A stretch of DNA of 62,919 nt, the filler included, from Bigelowiella natans CCMP2755 (taxonomy: Eukaryota > Protista > Cercozoa), in assembly GCA_000320545.1 (NCBI GenBank). It is 7 parts of 7 records of this genome, joined end to end, with 100 filler letters (N's around TTAATTAATTAA, not from the genome) between each part and the next. Parts side by side here need not be neighbours in the genome. Positions count along the whole stretch, not along the records: positions 51,113 to 55,904 come from ADNK01002981.1; positions 56,005 to 58,584 come from ADNK01002268.1; positions 58,685 to 62,919 come from ADNK01002480.1; 4 more parts are not named here. One strand, given 5' to 3'. Below are positions 51,113-62,919 of the stretch, in pieces. Positions within the stretch are counted from its first letter, which is position 1, and each line of letters opens with the position of its first letter. Under the pieces are notes generated by a model, which was given only the letters and a program-made list of their open reading frames with translations, did not search any database and had not been told where the DNA came from. The position numbers and the translations under genes were made by a program.

Positions 51113-51228
51113 AGAAATAAAAAGGAGGGAGAAAGAGCACTACACTCACATTATCTCTCTCACACACACACACACACACACACCGCGATCGCACGCGCAT
51201 ACACTCCCAGATTGAAACGTTAATATGC

Positions 51229-51363
51229 CTTTCTTCGTGAGTTCTGCTGTTCGGGCCGCCCCCTCCTTTACGACGTGGACTCCCTGTAGATTGAGTAATA
51301 TTAAATATCGTCTAATTACGTCCATCCCACATAATTGCACCATCACGCTATCAGTGCTTGTTC

Positions 51364-51399
<36 letters not shown>

Positions 51400-51576
51400 T
51401 AATATACATGTGTATATTATGTGTGTGTTTGTAGATATTATGCAAGTATTTAACATAAATCATACAATCATTATAGTCGTCATCATGCCTGTTTTCCAAA
51501 AGCGATGGCCAAGTCCTTAGGGGATAGGTTTCCTATTGCCGCCATTTTTCATCCGTGTGAATTTGTGCATGCGTGC

Positions 51577-51607
<31 letters not shown>

Positions 51608-52285
51608 TGTGTGTGAGTGCATGTAACCATGATAATGATGAGAAGGGTGCTGTGCATTCAATAGTAGGGAGAAAGCCGTTGAGGATGGCGAGAGTGGGAA
51701 TATACAAATAATGACCACCTTCTTCGTCGCGGCTTTTCTCCACGAGCTCATCAACCTTTTCTCTCACGTCTTTCGAAAGAGTCATGGCCGTTTCCCCCGC
51801 GCTCCCTGATCAGTCAGGACAATAAGTAATAAACGCAGGAGAAAGAGAGAGAGGGGGAGGGGTGGGGCTAACAGCAAAAACATTTATTAGATCTCTGTAA
51901 GAGGAGAGAAGCAATACACCATCCGTACCCGCAACACTAGCTGCCTTCTTCGTTATCACCTGCAGGTTTAATGAGCACATCATCACCATCTGCCCACCAG
52001 CTAAAAAGCCACGTGTATGCAATACGCACGGTGCACAAGGAAGCTACTACCGTCGCTACGGCTGAGGTGTAGGTAGAATCTTCGCTTTGTTCCTTCTGCT
52101 TTCGGATGTCGTCTTTGAGCACGTTGACGCTTTTTTTGATCTCCGTGGACACGTCACTTGCGAACTCCACCGCACGCGATCCGACCTGATGCCCAGCTGA
52201 CATTTGTGCAGCGGGTGCATCCCAAAATGATGAGGAGGGAGGTGATTGTGCAGTGGAAGGGAGGGGCAGGGGAGAAGGCGGGGAC

Positions 52286-52331
<46 letters not shown>

Positions 52332-52624
52332 GGGGGGAATAGGATGAAGATCCGATACGTGGATGAAACGACTCAAAAGAAACACAGAAAGCAAGATGTA
52401 ACACACGGCGCACGCCTCCGCCCCGCGTCAATCTCACCCTTCAGTACAAGCTGCACTAATTCGCTCTCCTTAACCTGATGGATGAATTGAATTTCACGGC
52501 ATAGCAGAAGGGAAGATCTCTTACGATGTAAACGAAAAAACACAAACGAAGGGAAAGACCGGCCGTTCGGTGCTACATCGCAGACACAGACGCGTCATCA
52601 TTGAACACACAGCGCCTTTGTGCT

Positions 52625-52661
<37 letters not shown>

Positions 52662-54210
52662 AACGGATCAGATCCGAATCGGGTTTTAAACGAAAGCGAT
52701 TGCTGCACCTCGCCTCCCGCCCGTTGCGCTCTGACGAGGAAGTCATAGGCCTGGGCTTTGAACACGTCCATCATCCCTGATGTCGCCATCGGCATTGAAA
52801 TGAAGTTAATTGTTTATGATCATTACTCATCCTCAAGCACAATCATGTGGTAAGTTTTGCTTGCCTCACTTCGTCTCTCGCAGATAATCTCGTATATTAT
52901 GTTTAAGCACACCTCCATTCTCGCCCTGAGTGGTCAACCCCTTCTCCCCGTCCTCCTCCCCCTTCGTTGTCTGTGACTCGGGGCCCACGTTGAGAAGCGC
53001 ATGGCCTTCAAGTATTTCTTTGAGTGCAGTCAGAAGCCCTTCCGACGTGCTCGCCGGCAGAGCGATCCCGAAGTAGCTACCGTCCTCCTTTCCCTAGGAG
53101 GAGAGAGAGGGGGAGAGAGCGAGCGAACAGAATTAGTGCACCGAGAAAGATTATTTAAATTGCTGCTTGTTTATCCGCAACATCACTATCGCTTTTGCAT
53201 TTACCTACCGGAATAACCAGGTGTCTTCGTTGATGGATGACGACAGGGAGCATAGCGTGCGAAGCTAAACTGAGCCCCTTCTCTTCCCCCTCCGTCCTTT
53301 CCTCTGCCTCCTCTCCACCTTCCGCTTTTGTAGCTTCTTTGCCATCATGATTCTTCTCTCCGTTCTTAATTTTAACTGCACCTTCGTCGTCCTTTTTGTC
53401 TCCATTCTCCTTGTCTCCCTCCCCTCCTTCCTTGCTGTCAGCCTTCTTCAAATCTGACTCCAGCTTGGCCCCACTTCCATGGCTAGTACCGTCCGCCCTT
53501 GCATTGAGAGAGTACAAGAAACTCTCTCCCACGCGCAGGAAAAGGTGTGGAACTTCATTGTTCTTCTCTGAGAAGATGAAAACGGATTAAAAGGGAACGT
53601 TAGTTTCCAGATAAAGCGATTGAAGTGAAGAAATGATATATGTAGATATGAAAACATGCAGATAATATTTGCGTATTTCGAGGAACAGAGAAGATCAGAT
53701 TGGATGTTTTTCTAAACCCGTCGGGACAAGAAGCAGCTCAAGATTCCCTGACGTCAATGGGGTATTCTTGCCATCTGATAAACAGTCACAGTATTGCATC
53801 AAGTTATCGCACTATATGCATGTATATATGCGCGCGCGTGTGTGTGTGTGTAGTGTGCGGGAAGATCGGTTGTCATGTCAAGCGAATACCTTTAATTGAG
53901 AAGCACTTCGCGTTGGGAATGGTAAGGACAATGTCTGCGTCGCGCTTCTGAAAAGTATCGCTAGATCACTTTTCACGATAAACAACTTACAGCATAAACA
54001 TCTTACAGCATGCTCAAGAATATCGCGCAAATATAGCAGTTTGCCATGTTTCGAAATGAAATGTTCATGAGCGCAGTCCGCTCTGTGAGTAACCCGCACT
54101 GGTTTGAAGAAAATCTTATCGCCTGGCATCACTTCTTCCGTATCCGTGATCACCGCCTGTTTGACAAATGACGACACACCCAAATGCACTTGTTCAGAAA
54201 TATCACATGT

Positions 54211-54246
<36 letters not shown>

Positions 54247-55030
54247 CCACAAATATGTGTTGATAACTGAGCAACTTGTCCAAATATGTACATGTAAGCG
54301 GCTGTGTGCTATACATATCCTTCAATGAGCACGGGATAAATTTCCCCAAGGTACTGTATTATCTAGGGAGATGTACGTTATGGGTGCTCTCGATAGCCTC
54401 TTCCACCTCCTGTAGAAATCAAAGTCACAGCAGGAGTTTCAAGAAGATTAAAGAGAGAAAGAACAGGTTAGGGAAGGGAAAAGGTAGAGAAAAGAAGGGC
54501 GGTGGGAAGATAGAGAAAACAGTTCACCGTTCCAAGAATCACGCTGGCTTTTTCCAGAAGTCTCTCGAGGCCATCTTCTTCCCTGTACGAAGTTTTCCCC
54601 ACTTAAACACACCCTCAAAGGATCGCAATCCTCATGATTTTTTGTTGTCTATTAGGTTCACCGAATCGTCATCTTGGAGAAGGACGGGTCATCCCTCTTG
54701 GCCTCCTCTAGCAACGCGACCGAGATCTCCATTCCCCAAGGCTTGCAATGGGGGCTCCTTGCTCGGAGATTCTTTATTTAAGAGCTAAATGACCTTAATC
54801 GCGACTGCAAATCATCCTAAAAAAATGCGAAATGCTTTATTAATTGATGTCGCAGGAAAACATATACAGTATATTTTTCCTGCTTTAGAAAGCAAATGAG
54901 AGAGCACTAGGCTCATTGGGGAGCTGCTATTTGGAAGCTGTCCGCTTTCCTTCCTGTGCGGAGATTTGCTACGATAAATCCTGCACGAATTCTTTCCTTG
55001 ATGACCGTTCAACTCCTCGTATCTACGCAT
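51229..55030 (-). CDS. Spartin/ERD7-like (senescence-domain) protein, multi-exon, 3' truncated; may be two genes
   Basis: VPHLFLRVGESFLYSL...RKEDGSYFGIALPASTSEGLLTALKEILEGH resembles the spartin middle domain. It is followed by amphipathic A/G/K/S-rich helices (TSAVATVVASL|VITKKAASVAG..GVHVVKEGAARTAELTKK). Confidence 0.45.
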
Positions 55031-55278
55031 ATGTCGCAGCCATCATTTGGCCTTCTATCCGTAAACTTGGAAAATGGCATGTGTTTGTGTGGTATTTTAG
55101 ATTGAAATGGGCTGAAGAAGGGAAAATCCCCTATGGGAATTGTAATTGTTCGGCTCGCATTTGACACCAGAACACGAGTACGGAACGATCCAGGCAGGGA
55201 AGGGAAAGAGATGATGGAGCCACCCGTGCCGACCGCGCCTCTAATTTAAGGCAAGATCGAATTACTTCGTGGGCATCG

Positions 55279-55647
55279 ATGGTAGAAGGAAACAAAGGCA
55301 AGCTTGAGGCGAAGGCCTCGAGCACGGCCGGGTCTTCATCGAGTGTCACGAAGAAACGCCGACGTGTAGTAGCTCCGACGTTGTTGGAAACGAGCTCTTC
55401 GATATTCGATGCCACGAACAATGAACGTTGGGAAGGGGGGGGGCTCCTCACGGAAAGTAGCAGGGAAATAGAGTGGAGTAGCGAGGGGGACGAGGAGGAG
55501 GATGAGGAGAAGGATGAGAAGATGGGGCGATTTCGTCTCGGAAGCTATCTTCTGAGTGTTGAAGAGCTAGTGGGGAAGACCACGAAGAACATTCGAAAGG
55601 GGATGAGCAAGGAACGCCTGGAGCTGCGCAACCTCGAGATTCAGCAA
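55279..55647 (+). CDS. 5' fragment of a hypothetical nuclear protein, interrupted by the fold-back
   Basis: MVEGNKGK...KKRRRVVAPTLL...acidic tract...KERLELRNLEIQQ. Confidence 0.4.
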
Positions 55648-55904
55648 GTGCATAGTTCATCCCCTTTCGAATGTTCTTCGTGGTCTTCCCCACTAGCTCT
55701 TCAACACTCAGAAGATAGCTTCCGAGACGAAATCGCCCCATCTTCTCATCCTTCTCCTCATCCTCCTCCTCGTCCCCCTCGCTACTCCACTCTATTTCCC
55801 TGCTACTTTCCGTGAGGAGCCCCCCCCCTTCCCCAACGTTCATTGTTCGTGGCATCGAATATCGAAGAGCTCGTTTCCACAACGTCGGAGCTACTACACG
55901 TCGG
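55359..55904. repeat. 248-bp inverted duplication (fold-back) at the contig end
   Basis: Arm 55359-55606 is the reverse complement of 55657-55904 except for about 2 single-base indels; the spacer is 50 nt. Confidence 0.92.
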
Positions 55905-56004
55905 NNNNNNNNNNNNNNNNNNNNNNNNNNNNNNNNNNNNNNNNNNNNTTAATTAATTAANNNNNNNNNNNNNNNNNNNNNNNNNNNNNNNNNNNNNNNN
56001 NNNN
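55905..56004. other. Artificial contig spacer
   Basis: N44-TTAATTAATTAA-N44. Confidence 0.97.
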
Positions 56005-56362
56005 TATCTCTTCCCACACACACACTACACACACACGGACAGAGGTAGAGAGAGATACATACACACACACATACTGAGACACACATGAGAGAGACGCAGA
56101 GAGTGAGACCCCCCCCCCCCCCCCCCTCTTTTTTGTGTTGTGTTTTTATCGATTATCAGCGCCTTTGTCAAGGGCAGAGTGAGTCCTCACCCTTCCTCTT
56201 TAACCACCGTGTGGGGGCGCTAAAAAACACACACTCATTTGTGCAAGCTCTTTTCCGACATAAACATGTGTAGAAACATTTTGATTTTTGGGGGGGGGGG
56301 GGGGGGAGGAGTATGCTAATGGATATGAATGATGCAGTGTATATACTGAGTAATGATAATAT

Positions 56363-56410
<48 letters not shown>

Positions 56411-56468
56411 AATATGTGTCTGTGTGTGTGTGTGTGTGTGCGTGTGTGCGTGTGTGCGTGTGTGCAGG

Positions 56469-56647
56469 CCGATGTTGATGCTGCGACGAAGGGAGGCTAC
56501 ACCGCTCTCCACATAGCTGCCAAGCAGGGAGATGTATGCACAGCAATCAGCACCACATCGTCATCACTGAATTCATTAGAATGGTCATATACCCAATAGC
56601 TGCAAGAGGAGAATGCTAATACCTCCTCTGTGTATTTGTGTATTTGC

Positions 56648-56702
<55 letters not shown>

Positions 56703-56993
56703 TGTGTGTGCGTGCGTGTAGATTCCAACGATGAAGGCGTTGCTCGATAAAGGTAGTCGTGGTAGCCAAAAATAGGAGTGCAAGAAGCAGCGAGGGCCGG
56801 CCTTCACCCCATTTGGCACCGCCTGATATTGCGCAGAATTGACGCAGCTAGCGGTGACTCGAAGCTGCTAATATTAGTGCTTTTGGCTTGTGTGTTTCCC
56901 AGGGGCAAATGTGCGCGCGCGCTCTGGCGACGGGGTGACGCCGTTTGACCTGCTGCTCTCGCATCCTGACCATAGGTATCATGCATGGATATA

Positions 56994-57036
<43 letters not shown>

Positions 57037-57415
57037 ATCGATGTATGTGTGTATGCGTGTGTACGTAATAGAAACCCTGCAGAGGGCTATGCGCTACTTC
57101 ACTCACGTTCTCTGACCGCCTAACGTCTCCACTTGCGTCTCACATTTAGTCCTGGAAGCTCTTCCACGTCGCTGCAGCTGCTTGCCGGCGACTGCTCGAG
57201 TAAGGCGGTTTTTGGCCTCTTTCCTCGCTTTTCTTTTGTTTTTGTTTTATTTTTTGAAATGGGGAACTGAAACTGATGAGGGCATGCTATACTCATGTAC
57301 CGCATGCTTGGAATCTTCCTCACCCCTCTCTCTCCCCGTCCTCCTCGCTGTGTTTGCCAATCAGCCATTCCAAGCGCCTCCCGGTTTTGCAATATCGATC
57401 GACTCAAGCAGCTGT

Positions 57416-57449
<34 letters not shown>

Positions 57450-57504
57450 ATGTTATATATAGTTAATATAAGATCATTTTTTATATTTTTTTTAAAAACA
57501 TGTG

Positions 57505-57540
<36 letters not shown>

Positions 57541-58162
57541 TATAGTATATAGTATAAATCAACGTCAGTGATTGCTTTTTGGGTCGTCCTTTCTATTTCT
57601 CTTCCGATTAGTTCTTCCTCATCCTCAAACACCAAACCATGTGCAAAACAGCTTGAAAAGCAATGGCGCTGAAGCCGTGCTGACCAAAGATCCAGCAGGT
57701 GATACAGTAGAAGATAATCGAGAGGCGATGCGAGGACGCGCGGATATGCGAATACTAACAAATCCGCGTAGCAGCCTTTGTGTGAGAGTACTAGTCATTA
57801 GCATACGATGAAGCGGTCAGCAATGAGTAGTGTAGTGTACATACACCGCTACCGTTGGCTCCGCCGTAAAGGCTGGACAGCTACTTTCTCCCTACACACA
57901 ATGAGCATCATCATCGTCGTCATCATTGCCATTATCACTACCATCGTCATCATCATCATCTTCTTCATAATCGTTTCGCGTGAATGGATTTGCAGGGATG
58001 ACCGCGTTACACTGGGCTGCTCGCCAAAACGACGCGCCAATCGCTAAGCTGCTCTTCCAGGTGCGGGTAGTAGCAGTCGCTGTATCAGCAGCACTAGTGG
58101 CAATAATAGTAGAAATGGTTATGGTAATTGTAATAGTCAGAATAAAAGTCGCAGTAGTAGTC

Positions 58163-58193
<31 letters not shown>

Positions 58194-58310
58194 CAATAGT
58201 AGTAATGCGAGAAGTAGCACTGAAATGTGATAATAAACAATTCAATGTGTGTGTGTTTTGTTGTTTGTTGTTTGTGTATGGTAGTCGGCGTTGGACTCTG
58301 GCTCTGCGGA
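56469..58310 (+). CDS. Ankyrin-repeat protein, internal fragment
   Basis: ADVDAATKGGYTALHIAAKQGD|IPTMKALLDK|GANV...GMTALHWAARQNDAPIAKLLFQ. Confidence 0.8.
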
Positions 58311-58368
58311 TATGGTAGTAGCACGTAAAAGCATCAGCATATAGATATGAATCAACATGGATGTGAAA

Positions 58369-58422
<54 letters not shown>

Positions 58423-58450
58423 TATTATTATTATTATTATTTATAGTGTG

Positions 58451-58485
<35 letters not shown>

Positions 58486-58584
58486 TTCCGAGGGTACATA
58501 TATACATATACATATATACAATAAATTAAAACCCCCCCCCCTTTACTTAATTTTGGAGATTTGGTCGAAAACCCCGTTTGCTTG

Positions 58585-58684
58585 NNNNNNNNNNNNNNNN
58601 NNNNNNNNNNNNNNNNNNNNNNNNNNNNTTAATTAATTAANNNNNNNNNNNNNNNNNNNNNNNNNNNNNNNNNNNNNNNNNNNN
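58585..58684. other. Artificial contig spacer
   Basis: N44-TTAATTAATTAA-N44. Confidence 0.97.
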
Positions 58685-58898
58685 GGTCCTCTCCCCTTTT
58701 TTTGACCTTTATTTTCCCCCCCCCCCCCTTAGTTTTTTTTAAGACCAGATTTTTCCCCCTTCCCTTTTATTTTTTCGCCGGGGGGAAAAACCGGGGGGGA
58801 CCAGGGGGGGCGGGAAGGCCCTTGGGACCTTTTTGGGGTTTAAAATTTTTTTTTTTTATAAAAGGGGAAAAATAAAAAACCGGGGGGGGGGGGGGGGT

Positions 58899-58940
<42 letters not shown>

Positions 58941-58999
58941 CGTGCGTGTAATTAAAAGGGTGGGGGGAGGTGGCAAACATTCACTCTCTCTCATTGACT

Positions 59000-59440
59000 C
59001 ACCAGGAAGCTTCGTGACGACAATTGGGACGATATTCAGGACATGGCTCTCCCATTTTTTCGCCGAATCTTCCTCCTCCCCCCCCTGCCCCCCCCCCCTC
59101 CTCCGTGAGGTGTCGCCGACGATGCTGAGCGGAGTCGGCAGCAGAGGGTCGTTGGCACGCTGAAGATCTGCACCGTCCCGTCCGTCATTCCCGCTGCCAA
59201 CAAGCCAAGTCTCTCCCCCCTCTCGCGCTCGGTGCGGTAGGCGTGTGCGCACCATTTGATGGCCAGCGCGGTCCCCCCCTGATGCATTGCCGACGCCGTG
59301 ATGATGGGGGGGCAGGTTGCGCTCATCGCCCAGATCTGAATGCATCCCGTAGGCTCCCTGCTGGTATTATTGCTGCTGCTGCTGCTGCTGCTTGGGTACC
59401 TGATGATGGTAACGACGACGATAAATGATGAATGATGATG

Positions 59441-59504
<64 letters not shown>

Positions 59505-59547
59505 ATGAGGCAGCTAAATTATGATTTTTGTGAGGAAGGAGAAGGGG

Positions 59548-59595
<48 letters not shown>

Positions 59596-59711
59596 AGAGA
59601 TGGAGAGAGAAGGGAGAAGGGTAGATTTGAGGCTGGCCAGCAGGAGATGACCTTTTATTAACAACGTGCGCCTTGGGACCGAAGGAGGCGGAGATCGCAA
59701 GAAAGTGCGCA

Positions 59712-59745
<34 letters not shown>

Positions 59746-60788
59746 TGGTGGTGGTGGTGGTAGCAGCATTAGCAGAAGAAGAAGCAGGCGGCTTTAGGGA
59801 CATCGGGCACCAATCCATTGAAGCTACGGGGCCCTTTGTTTGTATGGAAGAAAACGTACAGAAGATGGGTGATGAGAGGGACGGACGAATGAACATCATT
59901 TCCACAATATATACGTGTACGACTTCTACCTACTGACTCTAAATGTTGATTGTGCGAGAAATTTTCTCTTCTCCCCCCCCCCCCCCCCCCGTTCCACCAC
60001 ACATACTCCGGCATTTAAGAAGGCGTCGCAGAGGGAGGATCCCGCCGTTGCTGCCGCCCCGGGTGGGGTCGGCACGTGTGCTGGAGGGGGGGGGCTACTA
60101 GGGTCTCTCACGGATTCGAATGCCTGACGACGAAGAGTGAGGATGATGATGGTGATGATGATGATGATGGATATTGAATGATGCCCCAACCCCATCCTAA
60201 ACCACCTGCCCGTTCTCTTCCTCCTTCCCACCTTTATCAGCGCCTCCCTGCTGCTGCTGCCCTCTCCCTTGCCGTCGATGGCAATACGGATTCTCAAGGT
60301 TTCAAAGCCTGCTCCTGGTGACGGAAGCTGCAGCAGCTCCCTTGCCCCTCCCACTTGCTGATGCTCGACTGCTGTCGCTGTCTGCTGCGGCTGCTGAAAG
60401 CTCTGGGGGGAGAGGGAGCCATTCGTCCGCACCGAACAACGCAAAATGCTGCTGCTGCTGCCCGGCAGGAGAAGCAATGGTGGAGAGATACAAGGACGGG
60501 TCCGATGACTCCGACAGGAGCCATTCCAAGTCATCATTATCATCGAAGCCATCGTTATTGTTATCGTTGCACCCGCTCTCCATGCCGACTTTGGCATCAT
60601 GATCTCCTCCTCTACCGTCGTTCTTACCAACGCCAGGGGAGGAGGAGGAGGAGAAGGAGGAGGAGGAGGAGGAAGAAGGCATTGTAGGCTGTGGTGGAGC
60701 CGATGTCATTCGTACTGTGGTGGTTCGCCCCCGTGCTGATTCTACGACTCCATGGGAGGACAGAAAAAAGGGGGGGGGAGGAGGAGGA

Positions 60789-60820
<32 letters not shown>

Positions 60821-60982
60821 GAACAAAAATAGGAACAAAAATAAAAAAAAACGGCCGACAACATGCTAGCATGCGCAGACGGTTTGGTTGTAATTCTCTC
60901 GATCGATCGAACGCGCTTGCTTTTTGCTAAGTTAGAAGAAGCGGGATAATTACCAGCTACGACAATCACTGGAATACTTATT

Positions 60983-61017
<35 letters not shown>

Positions 61018-62585
61018 TGTTTCTTTACAGAGAAGACAAATATGCAGCAGAACGATGCTCATTGAAGGAGGGGAGGGAAGAGGGGCTGGGTAAAAGGTGG
61101 GGAGATCACAGCTTCGGCAATGTAATGCGGCCGCAATCTATTGAGGCAGCAATAAACATCTCCCAAAGGCGCATAGGTTTGTAACGATTGTACGGGTGTA
61201 TTGGGTGTATTTAAATATTTTACATCTTCCATCATCTATAACGGCTCAATCATTTTTCATTTTTGCCTAGGAGAGACAGCGGGCCATAGAGTGGCGGAAG
61301 GAGGGAGTGGGGGGGAGGGTGGGGGGAGGCATGGTACTACAATACTAAGTATTTAGTTATATCAGCTGCTTTTGCAACTAGCAGTTAATGATAAGTGAGG
61401 AGAAAATAACACTCACTAGTATAACTGGCTTTTTCTGTACCTCCCCAAAAGCAAAAATTATGGTCTACACAGCTAAAAAGAGGGCTGCAGGGAGGGAGGG
61501 GGGTGAGGGGTGGGGGGGGGTAAAATAAAGCCCCGTCGTCCACTCTACGTCTCTATCGAAAGAAGAACAACTACTCTTTTAAGAGCAGGCGGATATGGAA
61601 ATGCTACTACTACTTGTTTGTTTGGTCGCTAGGTGTTGATTCTCTACAAGAAGCTTTAGAGATGTCCTTCTTCTCTCTTTTATTCTCATTGTTCGTGTTG
61701 TTGTTGTTGTTGTTGTTGATGATGTTATCATTGTTGCTGTCGTTGTTTTTATGGTGGTGGTGATTCTCTCCACCGTGCTGCTCGCCGCTGTCGCCTTCGG
61801 CATTGCCGCCTCTCTCCCTAGCAGTCTCTCCTCCCCCAGTCGGTTGTTGTTCTTGTTGTTGTTGCTGCTGCTGCTCTGAGAGCTCCGTTATCTTCGTGTC
61901 GTCGTTCTTGTTGTTGTTGTTGTCGGTGGTGGTGGTGGTGGTGGTTTGTTTCCGAGTGGTAGCGGATGTGCTCCCAGGGCCGTCCCCTTCCCTCCCCCCC
62001 CCCTTCTCCTTCGCATCGGATATCGCCTTTCGCTCCTCCCCGCCCCCTTGGTCGTTATTCGATCCAGCACCATCATCGTGCCGTTGGGGGGGGGGTGGCT
62101 GCTCCTGCTGCTTTTCGATCTGCATGTTGTTCGATACTCGTGCGTCGTCGGCAGGGCCGTTGTCTCCTTTTTCTCCTTCTCCTTCTTCTTCTTCTTCTTC
62201 TTCTTCTTCTTCTTCCCTCGATCGTTTCTTTGGTCGCGATGATGATGATGATGATGACGATGATGATGGGGAGCTACGACGTCCTCCTCCTCCTCCTCCT
62301 GCTGCTGCCTCCTTGCTGTTAGGTTCTCCGGATTCCCCATGAACCCCCTCCTTCAGTAACTTGACCGGGGCAGAGGCAGAGGCAGAGGTAGGAGCGGCGG
62401 TAGACTTAGGTTTCTTTGTAGCTCCTCCTCCTCCTCCTCCTCCTCCCCCTCTGCTGCGCTTGTTATTCCTTCGCATCTCTTTGAATCTGTTGTTGGCCCT
62501 CTTCGAGGCTGGCTTGTTGAGCCACGTGGCGATGCGGTGATCTGCCTTAGTGCGCTGCTCGGGCTTCAGCTGCAACGTCCGCCTG
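59000..62585 (-). CDS. GTF3C2: TFIIIC subunit GTF3C2/Tfc6-like WD40 protein with a low-complexity N-terminal region (both ends truncated)
   Basis: KGPVASMDWCP...HFLAISA...PQIY and MHQGGTALAIKWC...RLGLLAAGMTDGTVQIFSVP match recalled Tfc6/GTF3C2 motifs. Linkage of the 61610-62585 exon to this gene is inferred. Confidence 0.65.
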
Positions 62586-62919
62586 CAGGAAGGAAGAGGA
62601 GGAACGATGATGAGGATGAGGGGGGGGGGGGGGGGGGGGGTTTGACCCCCCAAACCAAAAAAGTGCGGGTTTCCCCCCCGAAAGGCATGGCATGGCGCTT
62701 ATGGCCCCTTCCCAACCGCACGGGCCTGGCCCCCCACCCGCCCTCTCTACCATTTTTCGAAATCCTTGGGGGAGAACGGGGGGGGGAGGGAAATCTTCTT
62801 CTTCCCCCAGGGACCCCAAAAAACCCACCAATCCCTTTTCTGTGGTTCCTTTCTAATGCTGGTGAAAAAAAAACCACCGGGGAAAAGGAAGGGAAAAGGA
62901 AAGGGAAAAAAAAAAAAAA

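Noticed and set aside
46000-62585. TFIIIA-like and TFIIIC-subunit genes in the same window as a Pol III factor cluster
   Set aside because: They lie on different contigs joined artificially.

Overview
Eukaryotic, intron-rich nuclear DNA, most likely from a chlorarachniophyte-type alga. The evidence is Arg-rich bipartite plastid leaders without an ASAF motif, micro-exons, and many GC-AG and degenerate donors. The window is not contiguous: it is 7 contigs joined by six artificial 100-nt spacers (N44-TTAATTAATTAA-N44). I reconstructed about 25 genes by hand, including a kelch protein, a 7TM-like protein, plastid AroD, a BAP31-like protein, a DUF2256 protein, an LSD1-finger/HMG-box factor, a DMT-like transporter, an FAD oxidoreductase, a PDZ protein, NDUFA6, a secreted beta-rich protein, ankyrin proteins, THOC1, a thylakoid-lumen protein, MGMT, and TFIIIA-like, spartin-like and GTF3C2-like genes. 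The top finding is an intronless MGMT/Ogt DNA alkyltransferase whose catalytic PCHR Cys codon is TGA (43904-43906). Its frame stays open through a C-terminal PIP box, and a canonical type-II SECIS hairpin lies about 50 nt past the true stop, so it is a candidate selenocysteine DNA-repair suicide enzyme. Genes also alternate strand strictly within every multi-gene contig, with short divergent spacers and long CTAG/TGCA-rich convergent spacers. Exon boundaries and family calls are manual and rest on recalled motifs; no searches were run.
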